Below are positions 1-9,336 of a DNA stretch of 64,000 nt, piece by piece; the stretch's first letter is position 1; each line of letters begins with the position of its first letter. The notes under the pieces are model-generated. The model was not told the DNA's origin. It did no database searches and worked only from the letters and a program-made list of their open reading frames with translations. Source of the stretch: Candidatus Uhrbacteria bacterium RIFCSPLOWO2_01_FULL_47_17 (lineage in GTDB: Bacteria > Patescibacteriota > Patescibacteriia > UBA9934 > GWF2-40-263). A program made the position numbers and the translations under genes. The stretch is from the NCBI GenBank assembly GCA_001791305.1, contig MGEI01000005.1:146698-210697 (forward strand), in the 5' to 3' direction.

Positions 1-253
1 ACAGGGCGTGTGCATTGTCGCAAACAAAGTGAAGGGAGTGCGCGCCGCGACCGGATTCAACGAAGAAGCCGCTCGTACAACACGCGCCGATGACAACTCG
101 AATGTCTTGTGCTTACCCGCTCGATTCATGGACGTGAAAGACGCCAAAAAAGTCGTCGACGCCTGGCTCGCCACCGACTTCTCCGGCGCGGAAAGACATG
201 TGCGACGTCTTGAAAAAGTGACACAGATTGAGAATGAGGAGTTTGGAATTTAA
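1..253 (+). CDS. rpiB: ribose-5-phosphate isomerase B (RpiB/LacAB family), C-terminal part; 5' end lies outside the window
   Basis: ORF 8..253 (CIVANKVKGVRAA...NSNVLCLPARF...) matches the RpiB C-terminal signature; frame stays open to the window edge. Confidence 0.75.
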   Translation, partial: QGVCIVANKVKGVRAATGFNEEAARTTRADDNSNVLCLPARFMDVKDAKKVVDAWLATDFSGAERHVRRLEKVTQIENEEFGI

Positions 254-294
254 TTAAAAAAACCACGGGTGTAAAGCCATGGTCAGATTTGAAT

Positions 295-744
295 TCAAGT
301 CTTATCGTCATCGTATACAACATGAGGAACGGATGCAGCCTCGATGGCCCACCCGTCGATCATTTTACGAAAGATTGCTTTTGCTTCATCGAGATCGTAA
401 ATCCAGGCGCCGGAAGAAGGAAGGGTCTCATCGCGCGGTTTGTTCTCACCGGGCATTTCATAAGCCCATCCGCCTTTATGCCGAAACAACGTCCCAAGAG
501 TTTTCCTGTTTTTCACGAGAGAAATCTCATCGTATTCTCCTACAGGCTTTGTCCAGCGCGCGCCCTTGGCGGGTAAATTCTTTTTCACTTTCACCACTCT
601 CTTGCGTGCTCTTTCAAGAGCTTCATCCTCTTTCACACGCATTTTCACAAACTTTTCGCGCAATGCATCGCGCATCTCTGGAGGAGCTTCTTGCAGTACC
701 GCAGCTTCGATTCGGTCATGATATACCCGTGTAGATCCGCCCAT
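295..744 (-). CDS. hypothetical protein (149 aa, K/E-rich)
   Basis: only protein-like frame among the overlapping ORFs (the plus-strand alternatives are R/S/H-rich junk); no recognisable motif. Confidence 0.4.
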   Translation of the reverse strand: MGGSTRVYHDRIEAAVLQEAPPEMRDALREKFVKMRVKEDEALERARKRVVKVKKNLPAKGARWTKPVGEYDEISLVKNRKTLGTLFRHKGGWAYEMPGENKPRDETLPSSGAWIYDLDEAKAIFRKMIDGWAIEAASVPHVVYDDDKT

Positions 745-814
745 TTTACTTTCCTACAACTCATCACACACTTGTAATGAGCAAAAAATCTATCATATTT
801 TCGTCCGCTTGTCA

Positions 815-1483
815 ATGATTTATCACCCCTCTGATTCTATGCCTCAAATCGTCCCCGCATTTCTCGTCGAATCTGAACAACAGTTCGAGAAACAATTACG
901 TGCCGTCGAACACGACTGCTCTTTGATTCAGATCGATATTCTGGACGGTACCCTCTTTCCACACACCTCTTGGTTTGATCCAATCGCAATCGGACAATTG
1001 AAAACATCTGTGGAGATTGAACTACACCTCATGGTCGAGAATCCCATTCCAATCATCGAGGCATTTCAAAAGCATGTTCCAACATTGAAACGCGCGATTG
1101 TAAGTGCAGAAATGCATCGTCCAATAGGCGCGGTAACTTCATACATAAAAGATATTCTGGGTCTCGAGGTAGGCGTCGCCATCAATCCGGAAACACCGAT
1201 AAAAGAGATTGAGGAAGTATTGCACACCATCGATCAACTCACCGTTATGGGCGTTCATCCGGGCTCGATGGGCCAACCCTTTGAAGGTGACGCAATTCTT
1301 GATAAAATAAAACTAACAAAGCATCATAGACCCGATTTGTGTATTGAAATCGACGGTGGTGTTACAGAGCAGCTCATTCCGAGCCTGTTACAGGCAGGGG
1401 TCGATCGGATCGTGAGTGGATCTGTTCTTTTTAAGAGTTCAAATCCAGCCGCAACATTAAAACAATTGAACCAACTCATCTAA
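815..1483 (+). CDS. rpe: ribulose-phosphate 3-epimerase
   Basis: motifs IDILDGTLFP, HLMVENP, VMGVHPGSMGQPF, IEIDGGV. The track ORF opens with TTG at 809; first ATG is 815, a second at 839 (MPQIVPAF) is also possible. Confidence 0.85.
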   Translation: MIYHPSDSMPQIVPAFLVESEQQFEKQLRAVEHDCSLIQIDILDGTLFPHTSWFDPIAIGQLKTSVEIELHLMVENPIPIIEAFQKHVPTLKRAIVSAEMHRPIGAVTSYIKDILGLEVGVAINPETPIKEIEEVLHTIDQLTVMGVHPGSMGQPFEGDAILDKIKLTKHHRPDLCIEIDGGVTEQLIPSLLQAGVDRIVSGSVLFKSSNPAATLKQLNQLI

Positions 1484-1489
1484 CGTACT

Positions 1490-2299
1490 ATGACGAAAGC
1501 GCTTTCTTTCACAAAATATCTGATCGGAATGTTCGGTATCGCCCTTACGTTTTTGATCGTAAACTCGGCACACGCCGCAACAACCATTTCCTTATCGGCC
1601 GTGCAATCAGGTGACCTTATTCGTGGCCAAGCATTTTCTGCGGTGTACTACTACGGACAAGACGGCTTGCGCTATGTCTTTCCAAACGACAAAATTTATT
1701 TCACATGGTACCAAAACTTCAACACAGTAAAATGGATGACGGACGACGACCTTGCAAAAATCCAAATCGGTGGAAACGTTACGTACAAACCTGGTGTGAA
1801 GATGATTAAAATCAACTCTGATCCTCGCGTATACGCTGTTTCAGAAAAAGGTACATTGCGTGAAATCGCCTCAGAAGAAATCGCAAAATCTCTCTACGGA
1901 AGTACATGGAACAAAAAAATCGATGATTTGCCAGATGGATTCTTCAGCAACTACCACTTCGGCGGACGCATTGAACTCGCAACACAATACTCCCCGATCG
2001 CAGAACAAAAGGTCGTTTCCATTAATGACGACAAACTGTTATTCCCTGCAACAATCGTTCGTATTTCAGACGCAGGTTTCTCAACTCCAACCATTCACGT
2101 TCTCTCGGGACGCGCCGTTCGTTTTATCAATGACGGACCATCGCTCCATTCCGCAACGGAATGGGATCGCATCTGGGGATCAGGCACCATGCAAGTTGGC
2201 GACACATACACCAGATACTTTGATGTGAAAGGAACATGGACCTACTACTCCATCTATGATGCAAAATCAAAAATGACCGGTGCAATTATTGTGGAGTAA
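1490..2299 (+). CDS. secreted protein, tandem paralog A (signal peptide; C-terminal cupredoxin-like beta-rich region lacking Cu ligands)
   Basis: N-terminal hydrophobic signal (LIGMFGIALTFLIVNSAHA); about 55% identical to the next gene (shared GDLIRG..FTAVYYYG.DG.RYVFPNDK.YFTWY.NF.TVKW, GGNVTYKPGVKMIKINSDPRVY). Confidence 0.6.
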   Translation: MTKALSFTKYLIGMFGIALTFLIVNSAHAATTISLSAVQSGDLIRGQAFSAVYYYGQDGLRYVFPNDKIYFTWYQNFNTVKWMTDDDLAKIQIGGNVTYKPGVKMIKINSDPRVYAVSEKGTLREIASEEIAKSLYGSTWNKKIDDLPDGFFSNYHFGGRIELATQYSPIAEQKVVSINDDKLLFPATIVRISDAGFSTPTIHVLSGRAVRFINDGPSLHSATEWDRIWGSGTMQVGDTYTRYFDVKGTWTYYSIYDAKSKMTGAIIVE

Positions 2300-2310
2300 A
2301 AAGACGCATG

Positions 2311-2363
2311 TTATACTAAACGCATTCTTAATTCGTACGGGAGGGTCGCGACCCTCCCCTACA
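2311..2363. repeat. conserved about 50-nt leader element ending in palindrome GGGAGGGTCGCGACCCTCCC + CTACA; same family as 6301-6355, 34378-34403, 47141-47164 and 48061-48084
   Basis: cattcttaattcgtacGGGAGGGTCGCGACCCTCCCctaca sits between the two paralogs; a near-identical arrangement (cattgattcgtattcgtaGGGGAGGCTCGCGAGCCTCCCCtaca) lies upstream of the PfkB gene at 6370. Confidence 0.6.
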
Positions 2364-2374
2364 TTTATTTCCCT

Positions 2375-3190
2375 ATGACTCAACGTCTTGTTTTGATTAC
2401 TGCGTCCATCATGCTCATGCTTTCTGCCGCGTTTGGAGCCATCATCATGGCACCACCTGCACAAGCCGCATCGTTCACCTCTCTTTCAAACTTGAAATCC
2501 GGAGATCTTATTCGCGGAGAAAGTTTTACCGCGGTGTACTACTATGGTGTTGATGGTTTCCGCTACGTCTTTCCAAACGACAAAGCCTACTTCACCTGGT
2601 ACTCAAATTTTGACACCGTCAAATGGGTCACAGATGCAGATCTGACAACCATTCAAATCGGAGGAAACGTCACATACAAACCAGGCGTGAAGATGATCAA
2701 AATCAATTCAGATCCACGTGTCTACGTCGTAGCAAAGAGCGGACTCATTCGCGCCATTTCCTCTGAAACGGTTGCGAAAGCTCTGTACGGAACAACATGG
2801 AACAAACAAATTGACGACGTTGCAGATGGATTCTTCTCCAACTACAAAATTGGTGGAACGATCGATGACGCCTCCATGTTCAGCCCAACCTCAGAAAAAG
2901 CAGAAGCGGTTGATATCAATTTTGACAAAGGTTTGAAGGCAGCTGTCGTTGTTTCCATCACAGATACTGGATATTCTCCCGCAACTTTGAGCGTAAAAGC
3001 AGGAACCGCGGTCAAATTCGTTAACAACGGAACAACCAAACACACAGCAAGCGATGACGCTGGCGACTGGGGAACAGGAACCTTGAATCCAGGAGAATCA
3101 TTCTCTAAGTATTTCAAGACAGCTGCATCCCTCAACTTCCATGACGTTTACGGTTCTGCAAAAGCAACTCTCACCGTTACCCTTAATTAA
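2375..3190 (+). CDS. secreted protein, tandem paralog B
   Basis: signal peptide ending AQA; paralog of 1490..2299. Confidence 0.6.
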   Translation: MTQRLVLITASIMLMLSAAFGAIIMAPPAQAASFTSLSNLKSGDLIRGESFTAVYYYGVDGFRYVFPNDKAYFTWYSNFDTVKWVTDADLTTIQIGGNVTYKPGVKMIKINSDPRVYVVAKSGLIRAISSETVAKALYGTTWNKQIDDVADGFFSNYKIGGTIDDASMFSPTSEKAEAVDINFDKGLKAAVVVSITDTGYSPATLSVKAGTAVKFVNNGTTKHTASDDAGDWGTGTLNPGESFSKYFKTAASLNFHDVYGSAKATLTVTLN

Positions 3191-3300
3191 AAGCATCAAA
3201 TTGAAAATCCCAAATTCCAAAATGGAAAATGGGATTTTTTGTTCTTATTTTTGGATTTTGGTACTTCTATTTTGGTGCTTTATGTTACAATATCTCCACT

Positions 3301-4200
3301 ATGTTGAAATTCTCTCTTGGTCCAAAAGTTCGCCAACCTCTTCATCTCCACGATAAAAAACTCAAGGCTCTTGAAAAAAAAGCGAGCGAGATTCGTGAGG
3401 ACTTGATTGAGATGCTTGTCGAAGCAAGATCTGGTCATTCTGCCGGCCCTCTTGGTATGGCGGATATTTTTACAACGCTCTATTTTCACGTCATGGTTCA
3501 CGACCCAAAACACCCAGACTGGAAAGATCGCGATCGCTTGGTTCTCTCAAACGGTCACATCACCCCAATCCGATACGTCACCATGGCGCACGCAGGATAT
3601 TTTCCAAAAAAACTGCTCATGACGCTCCGTAAAATGGGTTCCCCACTTCAAGGACATCCAGAATATGAATGGATGCCCGCGCTTGAGACCACATCCGGTC
3701 CACTCGGCTCTGGATCCTCTCAAGCCGCCGGTATGGCATATGCCGCCCTCATGGATAAATCTCCATGGCGTGTTTATTGTTGCATGTCTGACGGCGAACT
3801 CGAGGAAGGACAGTCTTGGGAAGCAATTCAGTTTGCCGGCGCAAACAAGCTGTACAATCTCACCATGATTATTGATCGCAACAACATTCAGATTGATGGA
3901 CCGACAGAGGAAATCATGCCGCTTGAACCGCTTGCCGCCAAGTTTGAAGCGTTCGGATTGAATGTGATTCGCTGTGCAGGAAATGACATTCGCGATTTTG
4001 TGACGGCCGTCGAGCGAGCACAAGGAGTGTCTGACAAATGTAGTGTGATTATTGCAGACACCATTCCAGGCTACGGAGTGGATTTTATGGAATACGATTT
4101 TCTTTGGCACGGAAAGCCACCAGCAAAAGGGAAAGAAGCAAAAGACGCGTTGAAGGATCTGCGAACGCTCTGGGGAAAAATTCAATCTGAGCACGAATAA
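3301..4200 (+). CDS. transketolase, N-terminal (TPP-binding) subunit of a split transketolase
   Basis: SGHSAGPLGMADIFTTLYF, GHITP, GPLGSGSSQAAGMA, CMSDGELEEGQSWEA. The track ORF starts upstream at 3229; ATG at 3301 (MLKFSLGP) gives the conventional N-terminus. Confidence 0.85.
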   Translation: MLKFSLGPKVRQPLHLHDKKLKALEKKASEIREDLIEMLVEARSGHSAGPLGMADIFTTLYFHVMVHDPKHPDWKDRDRLVLSNGHITPIRYVTMAHAGYFPKKLLMTLRKMGSPLQGHPEYEWMPALETTSGPLGSGSSQAAGMAYAALMDKSPWRVYCCMSDGELEEGQSWEAIQFAGANKLYNLTMIIDRNNIQIDGPTEEIMPLEPLAAKFEAFGLNVIRCAGNDIRDFVTAVERAQGVSDKCSVIIADTIPGYGVDFMEYDFLWHGKPPAKGKEAKDALKDLRTLWGKIQSEHE

Positions 4201-4201
4201 T

Positions 4202-5341
4202 ATGAGCACAAAGAAAATACAAAAAGGATTAAACCCCGCCATGTTTCTCGCTCGTAACCTGCTCGACACAAAATCCCTCAAGCAAATACCCACTCGAAAT
4301 GGTTATGGTGAAGGCGTGGTCGAGGCTGGTAAGCGCGACAAAAATGTCGTTGTCCTTTGTTGTGATTTAACCGAATCAACCAGATCCGAAGCGTTTAAAA
4401 AAGCGTTCCCAGATCGATTCGTGCAAATGGGCGTTGCGGAACAATCGCTTGCAAGTATCGGTGCCGGAATGGCGATGGCGGGAAAAGTTCCATTCATTTC
4501 GAGCTACGCAACGTTCTCGCCTGGCCGCAACTGGGAACAGATTCGCACAACGATTGCGCTTCAAAACTCAAACGTAAAGATCGCGGGCGCACACTCCGGC
4601 CTCTCGGTGGGCCCCGACGGCGCAACACACCAAATGCTCGAGGATATTATTATCACGCGTGCCATTCCAAACATGGTCGTTGAGGTACCCTGCGACATGA
4701 TCGAAACACGTAAGACAACAATCGCCGGAGCAAAAATGGTCGGGCCATTTTATTTCCGCTTCGCTCGCGCTGCATCACCCGTGTTTACAACCGAGAAAAC
4801 ACCATTCAAACTCGGGCGCGCGGAAGTCTACCGATTCGGAAATGATCTTACTCTCGTTGCCGCCGGCCCCCTCCTCTACGAAGCGCTCCTCGCGGCAGAT
4901 GCGCTTTCGAAGGAGCACGGAATCGAATGTCGTGTGATCAATTCGCACTCAATCAAGCCGTTCGACGAAAAAACGATCATTACTGCTGCAAAAGAAACAG
5001 GTGCGATCGTCACAATCGAAGAAGGACAAGTAAGCGGCGGTCTCGCGGGTGCTGTATGCGAAACACTCGCACTCACAACTCCCGTTCCGGTCGAACGTGT
5101 CGGGACGCAAAACCAGTTCGGCGAATCCGGTGAACCCGCACAAGTCCTTGAAGCCTTCGGTCTCACTGCGCCCTTCATCGCCCTTGCCGCCGTGCGCGTG
5201 CTTGATCGCAAACTCGGGCACCCCGTCACAAAAATCCCCGCACATATCCAAGGAGCCGAAGTGCGCCGCATGATGATGCGAAAAGAAATCTTCGAAGAAG
5301 CCCTTTCGAGAGCCCCAAAAAAATGGGGAGGAAACCATTGA
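4202..5341 (+). CDS. transketolase, C-terminal (pyrimidine-binding) subunit
   Basis: FVQMGVAEQSLASIGAGMAMAGKVPF, GPDGATHQMLEDI, C-terminal transketolase_C region; immediately follows the N-terminal subunit. Confidence 0.85.
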   Translation: MSTKKIQKGLNPAMFLARNLLDTKSLKQIPTRNGYGEGVVEAGKRDKNVVVLCCDLTESTRSEAFKKAFPDRFVQMGVAEQSLASIGAGMAMAGKVPFISSYATFSPGRNWEQIRTTIALQNSNVKIAGAHSGLSVGPDGATHQMLEDIIITRAIPNMVVEVPCDMIETRKTTIAGAKMVGPFYFRFARAASPVFTTEKTPFKLGRAEVYRFGNDLTLVAAGPLLYEALLAADALSKEHGIECRVINSHSIKPFDEKTIITAAKETGAIVTIEEGQVSGGLAGAVCETLALTTPVPVERVGTQNQFGESGEPAQVLEAFGLTAPFIALAAVRVLDRKLGHPVTKIPAHIQGAEVRRMMMRKEIFEEALSRAPKKWGGNH

Positions 5342-5405
5342 CGATTCAATGGTTTTTTGGTACCTTTTCGCCTTGCACTTCACCGCAAGCAAGGGGCATC
5401 CCCTC

Positions 5406-6284
5406 ATGAAAAACCTCCGAGATGTTCTTTTGATCACGATCGATAATGATGCCGAAGCGCGGCTCATCCTCATGATCGCCACAAAAGCAGGGATGCGCGT
5501 CTATCGCTCTGCACAGCGCCATGGCGCAACACTCGACGAAGAAACAGGAATAGTCGAATTCGCTCAAACAGTGGATCTTCCCTGCATTTGGACAATCGAA
5601 ATGCCGGGTGAGAAAACGGAAGCAATGTTGCGAAGCTCTGGCTTCGACCTCACGATCATCGACCACCACACCTATGGCGATCTCGACCGTGTCCATAACG
5701 CACAGGGCGCGCGCGTGCCGAGTTCACTCGAACAGTTCCTGCAGCATGCAAAAATCACCAAAACAGATCTCGCACGTCTCGGATTCGATCCCCTCCTTGT
5801 GTACGGAATCGGCATCATGGATGATCGCTATGTGGAGGGGTTGCGAAGGGCTGGATATGACAAGCCCATGATCGAAAGCGTCCTTTCCTACCGTGAAGAA
5901 CTCGAACGACAAATCGATCCGCACTATGCGGAACGGCTGAGTGCAGCAGAGCTTGCCTGGAAAAACAGGCAGATTCACAACGGCGTTATTGTCTACGCAA
6001 GTGACAATCAGCTTTCCATCTCACGCCTTGTCAGCACGATCGCCATTCAACACAACGTTGAATCGAAGCCATCGATCATTTTCTGTCGTGGTGGAAAACA
6101 ATTATTCGTCCTGAATATTTTGACCGCGCAAGTTGAGCGTCTGAATCGCGCCTTCCCCGGCCGTTACACCTGGACGTACGGCGGAGGTCACTGCTGGGGA
6201 CTCAATAATGAAAAAAGTCCAAAAAACCTCTGGGTTACGATCGACAGCAAAGACCTCGTAGACCTTCTCACCCAAGCTGAATAA
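5406..6284 (+). CDS. hypothetical protein embedded in the sugar-metabolism cluster
   Basis: long clean ORF; ATG 5406 (MKNLRDVLLITID) chosen over the track start 5349, which would overlap tkt; no motif recognised. Confidence 0.5.
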   Translation: MKNLRDVLLITIDNDAEARLILMIATKAGMRVYRSAQRHGATLDEETGIVEFAQTVDLPCIWTIEMPGEKTEAMLRSSGFDLTIIDHHTYGDLDRVHNAQGARVPSSLEQFLQHAKITKTDLARLGFDPLLVYGIGIMDDRYVEGLRRAGYDKPMIESVLSYREELERQIDPHYAERLSAAELAWKNRQIHNGVIVYASDNQLSISRLVSTIAIQHNVESKPSIIFCRGGKQLFVLNILTAQVERLNRAFPGRYTWTYGGGHCWGLNNEKSPKNLWVTIDSKDLVDLLTQAE

Positions 6285-6300
6285 GCTTGGTTTTTTTGTG

Positions 6301-6355
6301 TTATAATTTGCGCATTGATTCGTATTCGTAGGGGAGGCTCGCGAGCCTCCCCTAC
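6301..6355. repeat. conserved leader element with palindrome GTAGGGGAGGCTCGCGAGCCTCCCCTAC, preceded by tgttataat
   Basis: same architecture as 2311-2363; ends about 15 nt before the ATG at 6370. Confidence 0.6.
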
Positions 6356-6369
6356 AAAAAACATTTGAT

Positions 6370-7338
6370 ATGTTCGACATGATTACTATTGGTGACATCA
6401 AACTCGACACGTTTGTCGTCCTAGACGATGCGTCCGTCGACTGCCAACTCAAAATGCCGGAGTGCCAGCTGTGCTTGGAGTACGGCGCAAAAATTACGGT
6501 CGACATTTTGGATTCTCAAATCGCCGGCACCGCTCCAAACGTGGCAGTCGGACTTGCGCGCATGAAACTGAAAACCGCGGTCATGAGTAACATGGGAATT
6601 GACGGCACGCGCCATCTTGCGATGACAAAACTCGCCGAAGAGGGTGTGTCAACAAAGTTCATTCGTACCATCAAAGGCATCCCAAGTGCTTACTCGGTTA
6701 TTTTGATGTTCAAAGGTGATCGTACGGTTCTTGCGTCTCAAACCAAACGTACATACACATTTCCAAAACCGTTTCCAAAATCCAAATGGATTTTTGTGGG
6801 AGAAATGGGACACACGTATGAAAAAATGTTCCGCGAAATTGCAACGTTCATTAAACGCGATCACACCGAACTTGCATTCAATCCCGGAACCGTTCAAATT
6901 CAAGATCATAAAAAAGAACTATTTGATTTGATTCGCGTCACATCTATCTTGTTTGTGAATCTGGAAGAAGCCCAGGCGATTGCCGAAGAAAAAACAAACG
7001 AAATCCACCACCTCGCAACATCGCTCTGGAAACTCGGCGCCAAGCGCGTGGTGATTACGGACGGAAAAAACGGATCGTATGATTTCGATGGACAGACGTT
7101 ATTACACTGTCCGATCTTCCCGGGGAAGCTCGTCGGAACCATTGGCGCGGGTGATGCATTTGCAACCGGATATGTCGGCGCGATCATCAAGAAGACAAAA
7201 ACGAATCCCCTTGTGTGGGGAGCTGTAAACTCCACCTCTGTCGTAGGAAAAGTCGGTCCGCAAGCGGGATTATTGTCGGATGCAAAAATTGTCGCGCATT
7301 TGAAAACGCATAAATCGTTTGCACCAAAAAAAATATAA
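6370..7338 (+). CDS. PfkB-family carbohydrate/nucleoside kinase (ribokinase-like)
   Basis: N-terminal ITIGDIKLDTF, C-terminal GAGDAFATGYVGA (PfkB signature 2). Confidence 0.8.
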   Translation: MFDMITIGDIKLDTFVVLDDASVDCQLKMPECQLCLEYGAKITVDILDSQIAGTAPNVAVGLARMKLKTAVMSNMGIDGTRHLAMTKLAEEGVSTKFIRTIKGIPSAYSVILMFKGDRTVLASQTKRTYTFPKPFPKSKWIFVGEMGHTYEKMFREIATFIKRDHTELAFNPGTVQIQDHKKELFDLIRVTSILFVNLEEAQAIAEEKTNEIHHLATSLWKLGAKRVVITDGKNGSYDFDGQTLLHCPIFPGKLVGTIGAGDAFATGYVGAIIKKTKTNPLVWGAVNSTSVVGKVGPQAGLLSDAKIVAHLKTHKSFAPKKI

Positions 7339-7339
7339 T

Positions 7340-8263
7340 ATGATCGTCACTCTCTCCTCAATACTCCAAAAAGCTCGCCGCGGACATTATGCCGTGGGGG
7401 CGTTTAATGTGAACAATCTGGAAACGATTCAGGCAGTTATGGATGCGGCGGAAGCGGAACGATCACCGGTTATTTTGCAAACGTCCGAAGGCGCGATTGC
7501 GTATGCGGGGATGGAAGAGCTTGCGGCACTTGTGCATGTGGCGGCAAAAAAATCCAAACGTCCGGTGGTGTTTCATCTGGATCATGGAAAAAATTTTGAT
7601 TTGGTGATGGAAGCGATTGAAAGCGGATGGTACACGTCCGTGATGTTCGACGGGAGCGCACTTTCGTTTGAAGAAAATGTCGCGATGACAAAAAAGATTG
7701 TAGCGTGTGCGCACAAAAGAAAAATCTCGGTCGAAGCCGAGCTTGGGGCAATTGCAGGAATCGAAGATTTTGTGAGTGTCTCAGAAAAAAATGCACATCT
7801 CACCAACCCGGAGCAAGCTCGCACGTTTGTCGCGAAGACCAAATGCGATGCACTCGCGATTGCAATCGGCACACGTCACGGCGCGTTCAAATATGAACAT
7901 GAATCTCAGTTGGATTTTGGACGACTGAAAAAAATTTCCGAATCTGTTTCTGTTCCTCTCGTTCTGCATGGAGCTTCAGGCGTCCCATCACATATCAAAG
8001 CACTCTGTACAAAATACGGCTGTGAAATCGCCTCGGCAAAGGGCGTTTCTGACGCGCATGTAAAAAAAGCCGTTTCGCTCGGCATCTGCAAAGTAAACAT
8101 CGACACAGATTTGCGCATTGCGTTTGATGCGGGTATTCGAAAGTTCTTGCACGATAAACCAGAGGTCATTGATCCGCGAGAAATTCTCGGACCGGCAAAG
8201 GATTTGATCACAAAAGTGGTGAGGCAGAAAATGAAGATGCTAGGGAGTAGCGGAAAAGGCTAG
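7340..8263 (+). CDS. fba: class II fructose-bisphosphate aldolase
   Basis: GHYAVGAFNVNNLE, VILQTSEGA, FHLDHG, LVLHGASG. ATG at 7340 (MIVTLSS) preferred over the track start 7319, which overlaps the upstream gene. Confidence 0.85.
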   Translation: MIVTLSSILQKARRGHYAVGAFNVNNLETIQAVMDAAEAERSPVILQTSEGAIAYAGMEELAALVHVAAKKSKRPVVFHLDHGKNFDLVMEAIESGWYTSVMFDGSALSFEENVAMTKKIVACAHKRKISVEAELGAIAGIEDFVSVSEKNAHLTNPEQARTFVAKTKCDALAIAIGTRHGAFKYEHESQLDFGRLKKISESVSVPLVLHGASGVPSHIKALCTKYGCEIASAKGVSDAHVKKAVSLGICKVNIDTDLRIAFDAGIRKFLHDKPEVIDPREILGPAKDLITKVVRQKMKMLGSSGKG

Positions 8264-8265
8264 CG

Positions 8266-8396
8266 GGGTTGGCAAAGTTTGCAAGGTTGGCGAAAAAAAC
8301 TTTGGATTATCATCCGGAGTTTTTTGTTTCGTGATATAATTTCATCAATGAATTTTTTTCATGCAAACTTTGCCAACCTTGCAAACCTCGCCAACC
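8266..8396. promoter_or_regulatory. two inverted arrays of 9-bp repeats (GGTTGGCAA AGTTTGCAA GGTTGGCGA ... rc) flanking an extended -10 box (tgatataat, about 8330-8338) upstream of the second PfkB gene
   Basis: array 8266-8292 and inverted array 8362-8396; the same 9-mers recur at 26871-26960. Confidence 0.5.
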
Positions 8397-8402
8397 CAAA
8401 TT

Positions 8403-9335
8403 ATGTCCTACGATTTCCTCACCATCGGCGCGGCGACACGGGATATTTTTCTCGTGTCCGATGCGTTTCGTTCTGTTCCCAATAAAACATTCGAAGGTGG
8501 TCATGCAGAATGCGTTCCGCTCGGATCCAAAATCGAGATTCAAACCTTTGTTGCAACAACGGGTGGGGGTGCCACAAATGCCGCTGCAACATTTCGATCT
8601 CTTGGGTTTCGCACCGCGCTTATTTGTCGCATTGGCGATGACTCGATCGGCCGAGATGTCCTCGAAGATCTCAAGCGTTATCGCATCGAATCAAAATACA
8701 TAAACCGCATCAAAGGCGGACAAACCGCCTACTCAACACTCCTCACTATGCCGGAAGGCGAACGAACCGTGCTTGTGTATCGTGGTGTCTCGTCGAAGTT
8801 CACAGATGCGGATATTCACTGGAGTGCGATTCGAAAATCCAAGTGGGTGTATCTCACCTCACTTGGCGGGAACTTTGACCTCTCGAAAAAAATTGTTGCG
8901 TTTGCGCATAAGCATCACATAAAAATCGCTTGGAATCCCGGGGTTGGAGAATTAAAAAAAGGGGTGAAGGCATTTGCATCCCTCTTGCCGTTCGTTGATG
9001 TGTTTATTGTGAACAAAGAGGAAGAAGCGTATGTGAAAAATGTCAGGGCGAGGATCACGCTCGTTACTGATGGATCAAAAGGAACAAACATGTTCCTGGA
9101 AAAAAAACGCATCAAGATCGGCACATCCAGCTCAAAAGGCATCTCGAAGACGGGAGCGGGCGATGCGTTTGGATCCGGATTCGTGGCCGCGCTCATAAAG
9201 TTTAAAGATCCAATCATGGCGGCGCGTATAGGCACCATCAACGCAGAATCTGTGATTCAACATTTAGGAGCAAAAAAAGGCGTGTTGAATGCATGGCCAA
9301 TGGAAGCGAAACTCAAAAAGATAAAAGTCTCGTAA
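8403..9335 (+). CDS. PfkB-family carbohydrate kinase (second copy)
   Basis: DFLTIGAATRDIF, GAGDAFGSGFVAAL. ATG 8403 (MSYDFL) preferred; the track ORF from 8361 would translate the repeat array. Confidence 0.8.
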   Translation: MSYDFLTIGAATRDIFLVSDAFRSVPNKTFEGGHAECVPLGSKIEIQTFVATTGGGATNAAATFRSLGFRTALICRIGDDSIGRDVLEDLKRYRIESKYINRIKGGQTAYSTLLTMPEGERTVLVYRGVSSKFTDADIHWSAIRKSKWVYLTSLGGNFDLSKKIVAFAHKHHIKIAWNPGVGELKKGVKAFASLLPFVDVFIVNKEEEAYVKNVRARITLVTDGSKGTNMFLEKKRIKIGTSSSKGISKTGAGDAFGSGFVAALIKFKDPIMAARIGTINAESVIQHLGAKKGVLNAWPMEAKLKKIKVS

Positions 9336-9336
9336 T

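Noticed and set aside
809-814. Several track ORFs start with non-ATG codons shown as M (809 TTG, 26922 GTG, 26948 TTG, 27641 TTG)
   Set aside because: These starts were not taken at face value. Downstream ATG starts that fit domain N-termini or RBS spacing were preferred (815/839, 26862, 27719). The 26736-26948 ORF is just the translated repeat array.
3280-5696. Long antisense or alternative-frame ORFs inside the transketolase genes (3547-4293, 4949-5482, 4876-5349, 5346-5696)
   Set aside because: They overlap strongly supported tkt subunits on the opposite strand or another frame. Their R/S/C-rich composition is typical of shadow ORFs.
8266-8396. Possibility that the 9-bp repeat arrays (here and at 26871-26960) are a CRISPR array
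   Set aside because: Units are 9 bp with no spacers of regular length. They occur as inverted blocks flanking -10 boxes. No cas genes were seen anywhere in the window.
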